DNA of 64,000 nucleotides from Acidilobaceae archaeon (GTDB taxonomy: Archaea; Thermoproteota; Thermoprotei_A; Sulfolobales; Acidilobaceae). The number at the start of each line of letters is the position of its first letter. Position 1 is the first letter of the stretch. The stretch is taken from positions 965,008-1,029,007 of the forward strand of contig JAWAWX010000001.1 in the NCBI GenBank assembly GCA_038897215.1, in the 5' to 3' direction. Of the stretch, positions 25,886 to 34,182 are shown in pieces. The notes beneath the pieces are model-generated. The model was not told the DNA's origin. It was given only the letters and a program-made list of their open reading frames with translations, and ran no database searches. A program made the position numbers and the translations under genes.

Positions 25886-27154
25886 TCAAGTCTCACCGAG
25901 TCTACCACGCATATACTCTCGCCCGGCTCCTATCGGCTTCGTTGCATCAATCCAAAGCTTGGAGGTTAAGCCGTCTTGAGAACTGGGGTCTAGCGTTGAG
26001 CCCCTCACATTCTTCAAGACTACTAGGCTTTTATCTGCTTGAAATCTCATAGCTATAGCCCACTCGACATCGTGGGGGTCGTCGGGGTCTATGTCCTCAT
26101 CGACTACGACGACGTGCTTCAGGCTGGGATGAGCTGTGAACGCTGCCATAGCCACGTTAGCTGCCTCCCCCTCCTGTCGCTTCTTGATGGATATAACGGC
26201 GTGGAGCCAATGACCTCCGCCTCTCGTGAGCCTCACTTTGACTACTTTAGCTACTCTCGAGACAGCCTCCCAGATAGCGGCTTCTCTCGGGAACCCCATT
26301 ATTAACTGCGACTCGAGCCCTCCCGAGACTATTACGTGATTGATCTCCTCCTCGTTGATGAAGACTTTCTTCACCCTCAAGACTGGCTGCTTTCTGACTC
26401 TATCGTAGTTCCCCACTATATCCACGAAGGGGCCCTCGTCTTCGAGCTCTCCAGTCACCTCAGCCTCTATGATTGCTGGAGCTCCGAGAGGCACAGGGTT
26501 TCCGTGGAGAGGGCTGCTAAACACCTCTAGCCCTCCTACAAGCCTCGAGGCTGTCTCTAACTCGAAGACTCCGAGAGGGGGGCTCGAGGAGACTGCTAGC
26601 TCTACTGCTGGGTGAGCTCCGAGGATGATTGTTACCGGGAGATTCTCTCCTCTTTCTCTCGCTCTACCTATGAGCTCGTAGAGATGGCGGGGGACTATTC
26701 TAGCAACTGCTCTCTTCTCGTTGAGAACCATTACTCTATGGAAGCTCGCGTTACAAATACCCTCGTAGCAGGCGATGAATATCGATGAGGTTAGATAGTA
26801 TCCGCCTTCATCTAGATAGAACTTGATCGCTGGGAGGTCTAGCAGACCTCTCTCGGCCTCCTTTAGATCAGGGGGGTTCTTCTCGATCAGCTTAGCCGGG
26901 CTCCTCATCGACTCCAAGAGCTTAACGTAAGCCTCGAAATCGCTAGAGGCTTCTATAGCTCTGTAGAGCTTCTCTCTGCTATCTACTAGATTGGATGCAG
27001 AGAGCTGAGAGCAACCTTTCACTCTAAAGAGGAGAGCCGGTCCTAGACCCTGGTTTCTTAGAATCAGTCGAGTAGGCTCGTATTCTCGAGCTAGCTCTCT
27101 CTCTGCTTCAACAAAATCGATCCTGTAGAGGTACTCGGAGACGCCGCCCTTCAT
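25886..27154 (-). CDS. UbiD-family (prFMN-dependent) decarboxylase, short archaeal form; candidate anhydromevalonate-phosphate decarboxylase
   Basis: 422 aa with overall UbiD layout, including GGYYLTSSIFIA, ARIVPRHLY and GGGHWLHAVISIKK. The start overlaps the tmcA stop by 4 nt. The specific function is an inference (see findings). Confidence 0.75.
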   Translation of the reverse strand: MKGGVSEYLYRIDFVEAERELAREYEPTRLILRNQGLGPALLFRVKGCSQLSASNLVDSREKLYRAIEASSDFEAYVKLLESMRSPAKLIEKNPPDLKEAERGLLDLPAIKFYLDEGGYYLTSSIFIACYEGICNASFHRVMVLNEKRAVARIVPRHLYELIGRARERGENLPVTIILGAHPAVELAVSSSPPLGVFELETASRLVGGLEVFSSPLHGNPVPLGAPAIIEAEVTGELEDEGPFVDIVGNYDRVRKQPVLRVKKVFINEEEINHVIVSGGLESQLIMGFPREAAIWEAVSRVAKVVKVRLTRGGGHWLHAVISIKKRQEGEAANVAMAAFTAHPSLKHVVVVDEDIDPDDPHDVEWAIAMRFQADKSLVVLKNVRGSTLDPSSQDGLTSKLWIDATKPIGAGREYMRGRLGET

Positions 27155-29649
27155 GAAGCAAGCTCACCCACATCGTCTAGCACTAGCCCAGTGACTGTAT
27201 CCTCGCTCAAGCCGAAATAATGCTTCGCCATGCTCGTAACCGCTTGTTTGAGCATCGCCGCCAGCCTGCCGGTCTTCTTGCCGAAAATCTCTTCAACCTC
27301 CTCCCAGGGCCTTCCCTGAAGTGCTTTAGCTATCAGTAGCCTCTCTTCCACCTCCGAGAGCTGCGGTCTCGAGCTTTTTGGCTGAAGCCAGTAGAATCTA
27401 GCTAGCTCTAGGATCACGTCGTTTATCGCCTCGTAGGTCATAGGGCCGTAGCAGTAAACCCAGAGTCTATCGATCTGCACTCTGCTTAGAGGAGGAGAGC
27501 TTCTGAATTCTACTCCTCTCGCCTCCTGGCTGAGGAGAAGACGCGCTACCTCTATCTCTAAGTCTTTGTAGGTGTCGTAGAGACTCAGTAAGAGCTTCCT
27601 GGTAAACTCTCTCAAGGCTACTCGGAGAAACCTCTCAGCTTCTGGATGTAGAGGCTTCAGCACTAGCGCTGTGTACTCTCCACTCACCGGGTTCCTATCG
27701 GGGCTTAGGTGGACGACTTTGAAGCCGTTCTTGATCCAGAATCTCAGAAGCTTCTCGTTGATCCCGAAGCCTGAGCCGAGGAAGTCTAACCCTTCCTCTC
27801 TAGCCTCCTCCTCTAAGCTCTTTAGAGCGAATGAGCCTATCCCCCTGCCTTGAAGAGATGGGTGGACAGCTATTCTGACTATCCTCCAGTATCTAGCGCG
27901 CCCAAGCTCTCTAAGCCGGTGGTGTTTGAGGAGCCTATCTGGAATTATGTTGCCAGGAGTCTTCTCTCCTCTCAGCAATCTCTCAATCACGTCCTCGCTC
28001 AAACCCCCCTCTACTGCGACCTGAATCGCTGCCACTATCTTCCCGGACCCGGCTATTCTCACAGCTCTGATGAAGTGATGGGGGGCATCTGCGAGAAGCC
28101 CTAGGTCGTCTGGCTCGTTTCTGTAATGAGCTAGAACGTAGATGCCGAAGAGTTCTCTCAAAGTCCTCTCTCCCTCTTTGGAGAAGAGAGATGATGGGTC
28201 TAGCTTCACGTACTCAAGCTCGCCTCTAGTCACTTTCTCTAAGTCCTCTCGGTCTATATCAGCAGGCTCGGCGTCGAGTAGAAGGACGTCGAATAGCCAC
28301 TTCTCCACAGGGTCTCCTCTCGCGTACCTTATGGGCTCCTCCATGTGCAAGACTTTGAGCATAGTGTTTGCGTCATTTCTGATCTCTGAGAGGAATCTGA
28401 CGTTGAACCCTCTTCCCGCTCCTTCATAGCCGTGTATCGTGGCTGTGAACACCATCCTCTTATGCCTTCTCCAGATCTCGTGGAGTAGAGGCACGTGTAT
28501 CCCGCTGGCTTCATCGACAGCAACGATATCTGCTCTCATCTTAGGGACCGCGAGAGGCTCCCAGTACTCTATCGTGAAGTTTTGACCCCGTAGCTCTATG
28601 ATGTGACCTCCTTTCTTAACCACATCCACCTCGACTTCTAGAGTCTCAGCTGTTTTGAGAGCAAGCTCCATGAGGCTCTGCACGTTGAAAGAGTCTGGGG
28701 CCGTTACGATTATCCTAGCTCTAGGCTTCACTTTTGCTAGCAAAGTGGCTAAGCCGACGAGCCCTATGCCTACAGCGCAACTCTTACCTCTCCCTCTATC
28801 CGCTGTCACCACTATGACCTTCTTCTTGTCTCGAGGAGGCTTCTCGTAGAGCCACTCGAGAGCCTTTATGACCTCTACTTGGTCTCTTGTCAGAGCCAGC
28901 GAGTATAGCTCCTCTGGGAAGATGGTTTCATGAGGAGCAGTAATGCTCTGAACGCTAGACTCTTCTCCTTGCTCGCTCGGTTTGCCGCTGATGTGCTTCA
29001 GGTTGTCCAAGTCGTAGACGAATATGTTGTTCTCGTGCTCTAACAGCTTACGCTTAAACCAGGTGATGAATATGAATCTCGGCTCGTCGAAACCAGGTAC
29101 TAGAAGATTCCTCCTGAATATCGTCATGTGCTTATCCCAGGAAGCCCAGGGGGGTGTCATGGCTAGAATGAGACCGCCTCCCTCCACTACTCCTATTAAG
29201 CGACCTACATCGTTAGGCTTGAGGTCATTCGATAGGTCTAAGACTAGTGCTTGAAACGTTGTTCCGAGAAACTTCTCGCTCTCCTCGTAGACCGCGAACG
29301 TGGGCTCCACGATTTTGCTCTTTTCTTTCAAGACTCTCCTAACTATCTCCTTCCTTATTCTAGCATCCTCGAATTCGTCGTGATAAACGTAGAGTAGCTT
29401 GAGCTTCCTCTCCGAGCCTCTCAGCTTCCTGTAGAGGGTCTCGTAGCTGAGCAGAGTCTTAGCTACGCTAGCCCCCGCTTTTACGGGGTCCGAAGAGGCT
29501 AGGAAGAGCGCTACTCTAAACCTCCACTTGATAGACCTCCTGGCCGCCTCTAAGACGCTCTTCCTATAGAATCTGATGAATTTAGGCGGGACTAGAGACT
29601 TCAGGTCTCTTACAGCTCTCTCTACTAGCTCGACTACATCCGAGCCCAA
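27151..29649 (-). CDS. tmcA: tRNA/RNA cytidine N4-acetyltransferase (TmcA / Nat10 homolog)
   Basis: 832 aa. Helicase-type Walker A (ADRGRGKSCAVG), GNAT motif (RIAVHPSLQGRGIGSFAL) and a C-terminal tRNA-binding tail. Confidence 0.9.
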   Translation of the reverse strand: MGSDVVELVERAVRDLKSLVPPKFIRFYRKSVLEAARRSIKWRFRVALFLASSDPVKAGASVAKTLLSYETLYRKLRGSERKLKLLYVYHDEFEDARIRKEIVRRVLKEKSKIVEPTFAVYEESEKFLGTTFQALVLDLSNDLKPNDVGRLIGVVEGGGLILAMTPPWASWDKHMTIFRRNLLVPGFDEPRFIFITWFKRKLLEHENNIFVYDLDNLKHISGKPSEQGEESSVQSITAPHETIFPEELYSLALTRDQVEVIKALEWLYEKPPRDKKKVIVVTADRGRGKSCAVGIGLVGLATLLAKVKPRARIIVTAPDSFNVQSLMELALKTAETLEVEVDVVKKGGHIIELRGQNFTIEYWEPLAVPKMRADIVAVDEASGIHVPLLHEIWRRHKRMVFTATIHGYEGAGRGFNVRFLSEIRNDANTMLKVLHMEEPIRYARGDPVEKWLFDVLLLDAEPADIDREDLEKVTRGELEYVKLDPSSLFSKEGERTLRELFGIYVLAHYRNEPDDLGLLADAPHHFIRAVRIAGSGKIVAAIQVAVEGGLSEDVIERLLRGEKTPGNIIPDRLLKHHRLRELGRARYWRIVRIAVHPSLQGRGIGSFALKSLEEEAREEGLDFLGSGFGINEKLLRFWIKNGFKVVHLSPDRNPVSGEYTALVLKPLHPEAERFLRVALREFTRKLLLSLYDTYKDLEIEVARLLLSQEARGVEFRSSPPLSRVQIDRLWVYCYGPMTYEAINDVILELARFYWLQPKSSRPQLSEVEERLLIAKALQGRPWEEVEEIFGKKTGRLAAMLKQAVTSMAKHYFGLSEDTVTGLVLDDVGELAS

Positions 29650-29747
29650 GCTCTTCCTCCTACAATAACGATTTCTCTAAGAGAGCGGGAATAATAAACC
29701 TGAAGCTCGAAGCTATAAGTCTATGGTGACGCGAGATAGGAGAAGTC

Positions 29748-30521
29748 GTGCAGAGAGGAGACCCCATAGTGTTCTTCGTCGTTTCAGCTAGGTTCTCTAA
29801 GCCCTACTATTTCAGAGTCTACGAGGATAGAACGTATGCTACTCCTCTAGGCGTGGTCAGAGGTAGCGATATAGTGGGGTTGAGGTATGGTTCGCGAGTA
29901 GAGCTCGTGGACGGGCACGCCTTCATATTGAAACCCACGCTTAGAGAACTCCTAGACCACTTCATGGAGAGAAGCACGCAAGTAGTCTACCCTAAGGACT
30001 CGGGGCTCATGTCGTTCGAGGCGGGCCTTAAGCCCGGCATGAGAGTCCTAGAGGGTGGTGTTGGGAGCGGTTTTCTCACAATAGAAATAGCTAGGATCGT
30101 CTGCCCCGGGGGGAGAGTCTACGCTTATGACTTGAAGCCTGAGAATATAGCTGTAGCCTCGAGAAACCTGGAGCTAGCCGGCTTGCTCGAGTGTGTTGAA
30201 ATGAGGCACGGGGATGTGCGTAAGACTCTCGACCTATCGGACCTAGACGCCGCTTTCCTAGATATACCAGACCCTTGGGAGGCTCTAGACTCTCTCTGGA
30301 GTGCTCTAAAGCTCTCCGCTCCTCTCGTCGCCTTCGTTCCAACAATGAATCAGCTGGTCAAGCTTGCTGAAATAGCATACGAGACTCCCGGCTGGATTCT
30401 TCAAAGCGTTAGAGAGACCTCGGAAAGGCTAATCGAGGTCTCTAGGGAGTCTATTAGACCCTCTTCACTCACTCCATTCACAGGGTACATTGTGCTCTTG
30501 AGGAAGGTAGAGAAGAGCTAG
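29748..30521 (+). CDS. trmI: tRNA (adenine-N1)-methyltransferase TrmI (Gcd14 family)
   Basis: YPKDSGLM, VLEGGVGSGFLT (SAM motif I), GRVYAYD and FLDIPDPWEAL. Confidence 0.88.
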   Translation: MQRGDPIVFFVVSARFSKPYYFRVYEDRTYATPLGVVRGSDIVGLRYGSRVELVDGHAFILKPTLRELLDHFMERSTQVVYPKDSGLMSFEAGLKPGMRVLEGGVGSGFLTIEIARIVCPGGRVYAYDLKPENIAVASRNLELAGLLECVEMRHGDVRKTLDLSDLDAAFLDIPDPWEALDSLWSALKLSAPLVAFVPTMNQLVKLAEIAYETPGWILQSVRETSERLIEVSRESIRPSSLTPFTGYIVLLRKVEKS

Positions 30522-31435
30522 TAGACGGGAGTAAGCCACTTAGCGTATCTCTCGTCGAGCCCCCTCACGACCTTAAGGTACGCTTCTCTAATCATAGAGG
30601 TTACAGGGCCCGGTTTACCATCACCCACAGGCTTCCCGTCGACTTCAAGTACTGGAGTGACCTCAGCCGCTGTCCCCACTAGGAATATCTCGTCGGCTAC
30701 GTAGAGCTCCTCTCTCGGAATGTTTCTCTCTAGAGTCTCAACTCCTAGGCCTCTAGCTATCTCGATAACCGTGTCTCTCGTTATACCCTCTAGTATCGAT
30801 GCTGAGAGAGGAGGGGTTACGATCTTCCCTCTCCTGACTATCATAACATTAGCGCCCGTAGCTTCAGACACGTTGCCTCTCCAATCTAGCAGTATGGCGT
30901 CATCGTAGCCTTCCCGCTTAGCTTCCAGGAGTGCTATTATCGAATTCAGGTAAATGCCTGTGGCTTTAGCCATAACGGGTATGCTGAACCCAGGGACTCT
31001 ACGCCAGCTCGACGTCTTGACTCTAATCCCTTCTGGTTTATGATACTTCCCAAAGGGGGTTATTGTTATCGCTACAGAGACTTTGACTCCCAGAGGGCTG
31101 AGCCCTATTCTAGGCTCGGAGGTGAAGGCTATGGGTCTTACGTAGATGTCCTCTTTGAACTCGTTCGCTCTAATCGTCTCGAGAACCGCTTCTTCTAGCT
31201 CTCTGAGAGAGAAGCTCAGATTTAGCCCGATGATCTTAGCTGAGTTCAAGAATCTAACCATGTGGTCTCGTAGTCTGAACACGTAGAGGTTGCTCTCGCT
31301 CCAGTAAGCTCTTATGCCCTCGAAGACCCCGTAGCCGTAGTGTAAGCCGTGTGCTTGAACGTGAACTACTGCTTTCTCGCAGGAGACGAGAGCTCCATCG
31401 AGCCAGACGTATCTGACTTTCTCACAGAAGCTCAA
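30518..31435 (-). CDS. ilvE: Branched-chain amino acid aminotransferase (class IV)
   Basis: VWLDGALV...HGLHYGYGVFEGIRAY and EATGANVMIVRRGKIVTPP. I prefer the TTG start at 31435 (MSFCEKVRYVWLDG). The longest ORF reaches 31489. Confidence 0.88.
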   Translation of the reverse strand: MSFCEKVRYVWLDGALVSCEKAVVHVQAHGLHYGYGVFEGIRAYWSESNLYVFRLRDHMVRFLNSAKIIGLNLSFSLRELEEAVLETIRANEFKEDIYVRPIAFTSEPRIGLSPLGVKVSVAITITPFGKYHKPEGIRVKTSSWRRVPGFSIPVMAKATGIYLNSIIALLEAKREGYDDAILLDWRGNVSEATGANVMIVRRGKIVTPPLSASILEGITRDTVIEIARGLGVETLERNIPREELYVADEIFLVGTAAEVTPVLEVDGKPVGDGKPGPVTSMIREAYLKVVRGLDERYAKWLTPVY

Positions 31436-31679
31436 CTCAAGAACCTTGAGGGACTTCTGGAAATCGAGGCTTAAAAGCGTCGAGGTCAAAAATAGCCGCG
31501 TGAGTTCACTAGCTAGAGTCTTGAACGTCTTAGACCGCTACGAGAGCCGCCTTCCTTCACCTCGATTGTGATACGTAAGTCAAATAATGATGATAGCCAG
31601 GAGCCTGGCTCAGAGCTCACTGGTTTGCTGAACAGTGGCTGGGGAAAGCTGGATTTAATCTCTAGCTCCTTAATAGAGA

Positions 31680-33290
31680 TTGCTGTCAACGCTAGAGAAG
31701 GTTAAGGGGGGAGGATTGAGCGTAGAGTTCGAGCTAATGGTGCTAGGAGCGTCTCTCGGTCTAGCAGCTCTAGCGGGCTATGCTACTGAGAGACTTAGAC
31801 TAGGTCCTTTCATTGGAGCGATATTGGTCGGTATGGCTATGAGGTTACTGTCTTCGTTCATTGGGGTAGACTTAGAGAGTGAAGCGTGGCTTCTTCTCTT
31901 GCTCGCCGCAATGCTCATAGTGTTCGAGAGCGGAAGGGAGGTTGGCGAAGCCGGTTTCGATGGCCGTCTCATTTATGCTGTTTTGATAGAAGTAGCGTCG
32001 ATATTCGGTCTAACCCTCTTGGTGACAGCTCCTCTTAAGCTAGAGTTCTGGGAGAGAGTAGCTCTCGCTATCGTCCTACTGTCCTCTAGCACGACTACGA
32101 TATACCTTTTCGTTAAGAATCTCAGACTAGCTGAGGCTAAGAGTATAGTTCTCAGCTGGACGGTCTTGGAGGATATAGCTCTCATACTAGCTCTCAGCAT
32201 GGCTCTAGGCTACCCTGAAGCCAACCCGCTCGTTTTGTTGATCGCGAGCACTGTTCTAGCCCTCTTCGCTAGCATAACCATCAACACTCTCTTCAGCATC
32301 GTCCCGCCTAGAGGACCCTACGGGATAGCTCTTCTAGTCTCTCTAGTGATATCATACGGTATGATAGCCGGCTACTTCGCCTCGCCATACCTGGGGGTAT
32401 TCATAGTAGGCTATATCTTCGCTAAACGCGCTAGAGGAGAGAGCTTAGAGCAGTTCTCCGACTTAGCGGTGATAGTCTATGGAGTCTCAGTGGGGTTGAT
32501 TACTCCTCTCGAGTCTCTCCTAGCTAGCCCGGAGACTCTACTATTCATAGCCATAGCCACAGTGCTGGCTCTCGTAGTTAGAGCTGCCGCTGTATTCCTG
32601 GCTTCGTTAATGCTGCTAAGGAGCACCTTCTACTCGACGATTCTAGCTCTCAGCATGCAGAATATCAGCGAGCTAGCGCCCCTAGTCGCTCTAACTCTCG
32701 AGGAGGCTGGTCTCATAAAGCCTGAGCTCGCCTCCGTGATGGTTCTGCTTCCAGTGTTGACGATAGCTTTTTCAAACATCACGGCAAACTATTGGACTAC
32801 AGTAGCGAGTATCGTCAATAAGTATCTGGCTGTCAACATAGGGCTCTGGATACCTCAAGGCTTCTACGAGGCTGGAGTAAAGCTTCTTGTGACTGCTAGC
32901 AAGATAACCATGGTCTTCATAGGCATATTCATCACTCACCTAGCTATCGATAGATTCGAGGTCAGTCACTTAGCGATCATCCCGGCTATAGTGCTAGGAG
33001 GGATTTTGGTAGCTAGGTTTCTCAAAGAGCTCAGCTGGGAGCTAAGATATGTGCACGGGCTCCCTGCCGTGATAGCAGAAGCTCTCACAGCCATAGCAGC
33101 GGGGTCTCTCGCTATCTACGTGACAGTAGAGATACTCTCGAAGTATGTGGAGGTGGAGTTCTCAACATTTCTAGCCCTTCTAGCAGTACTGCTCGTAGTC
33201 GGTATGATAGTAGAGGTTGCTTTAGCTACAAGAAGAGTGCTGACTGCGAGGAAGTCTGTGAAGCCAATAGTAACAGATACTCACCGCTAA
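31680..33290 (+). CDS. Polytopic membrane transporter, cation/H+ antiporter (CPA)-like
   Basis: At least 11 hydrophobic segments. The N-terminal LRLGPFIGAILVGMAM resembles the start of the Na_H_exchanger family. The true start is probably TTG 31716 or ATG 31737. Confidence 0.55.
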   Translation: MLSTLEKVKGGGLSVEFELMVLGASLGLAALAGYATERLRLGPFIGAILVGMAMRLLSSFIGVDLESEAWLLLLLAAMLIVFESGREVGEAGFDGRLIYAVLIEVASIFGLTLLVTAPLKLEFWERVALAIVLLSSSTTTIYLFVKNLRLAEAKSIVLSWTVLEDIALILALSMALGYPEANPLVLLIASTVLALFASITINTLFSIVPPRGPYGIALLVSLVISYGMIAGYFASPYLGVFIVGYIFAKRARGESLEQFSDLAVIVYGVSVGLITPLESLLASPETLLFIAIATVLALVVRAAAVFLASLMLLRSTFYSTILALSMQNISELAPLVALTLEEAGLIKPELASVMVLLPVLTIAFSNITANYWTTVASIVNKYLAVNIGLWIPQGFYEAGVKLLVTASKITMVFIGIFITHLAIDRFEVSHLAIIPAIVLGGILVARFLKELSWELRYVHGLPAVIAEALTAIAAGSLAIYVTVEILSKYVEVEFSTFLALLAVLLVVGMIVEVALATRRVLTARKSVKPIVTDTHR

Positions 33291-33313
33291 GTGAGAAGTA
33301 CTCAACTAGGTTT

Positions 33314-33391
33314 TGGTGCCGCGGCCGGGATTTGAACCCGGGTCACGGGCTCGAGAGGCCCGCATACTGGGCCTGGCTATACTACCGCGGC
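33314..33391 (-). tRNA. tRNA-Glu (anticodon CUC), CCA encoded, no intron
   Basis: The reverse complement is GCCGCGG-TA-GTAT-...-CGGGC-CTCTCGA-GCCCG-TGACC-CCGGG-TTCAAAT-CCCGG-CCGCGGC-A-CCA. Confidence 0.9.
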
Positions 33392-33413
33392 TCGAAGTAT
33401 CTCCTAAGAACCG

Positions 33414-33426
33414 CTTTAACTTATAC
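33414..33426 (-). promoter_or_regulatory. TATA-like element (GTATAAGTTAAAG on the minus strand) for tRNA-Glu
   Basis: Spans roughly -23 to -35 relative to the tRNA 5' end. Confidence 0.4.
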
Positions 33427-33432
33427 CGGGCT

Positions 33433-33945
33433 TTAAAGCGTTTCTACGAGTCTCTCTTGAGGTCTCCTATCTGGCTCCAAGACTTCGACCTGCTGTACCA
33501 TAACATCTCTCAACCTCGATGATAGGTAGGCGTTTGCTATCTCGTAGGCTAGGATTAGTTGCGTGAAGTCTAGGTTAATCGAGCTTCCTCGAGCACCTCT
33601 CTCAATCACCACGAAGGGGAGCACTATTGGGTTCGAGTAGTATGCTAGAATTGCTCCCAGATGAGAGCACATCATGAAGAGTGCTAGTAGCAGTCTAGCT
33701 GCTAAGAGCCTGGGGTATGCTACGATAACCACAATGTACGCTACCAGAGTTGAGAGTAGGAGGAGCGACGCTCCCTCAGCCCTATAAGCTAGTCCAATGA
33801 GAAAGCCTACGAGAACCCCCACCATCCCAACTAAGATAGTAGCAGTCAGCAAACTAACTCCCGGCAGGCTCCTAGATTCTTCCTCGAGCAAGCAGAGCTC
33901 CCACCAACACTCTTCGCTTAAAGCTTTAAGTCTGCTAGCTCCCAC
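33433..33945 (-). CDS. Hypothetical integral membrane protein
   Basis: 170-aa ORF with 3-4 hydrophobic segments. No recognisable motif. Confidence 0.45.
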   Translation of the reverse strand: MGASRLKALSEECWWELCLLEEESRSLPGVSLLTATILVGMVGVLVGFLIGLAYRAEGASLLLLSTLVAYIVVIVAYPRLLAARLLLALFMMCSHLGAILAYYSNPIVLPFVVIERGARGSSINLDFTQLILAYEIANAYLSSRLRDVMVQQVEVLEPDRRPQERLVETL

Positions 33946-34182
33946 AATCCTCGCTAGCCTACACTAGAGCTTGGGGTCGTAGACACCGCTGGGTTCATGT
34001 GCTGGATTAAACTACATGGTTAGCGCGGAGCGTCCGAGCTATTTTGTGGATTGTTAGTTGGGAGTTCAGAGAAGCCATAACGACTCGCTCTAGAGTCAAC
34101 TCAGAGAGATTTAGGACGAGAAATAGTCTCCTTGAAAAGCATTTAAGTCCATATTGGTACAGCTCGGCTTCGGGGTCCTCTG

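Noticed and set aside
31585-31635. AATGATGA ... CTGA (34 nt apart) as a possible C/D box sRNA in the ilvE-transporter spacer
   Set aside because: The internal D'/C' boxes are absent (TGGC and GAGCTCA at the expected positions). There is no flanking terminal helix and the spacing is slightly short.
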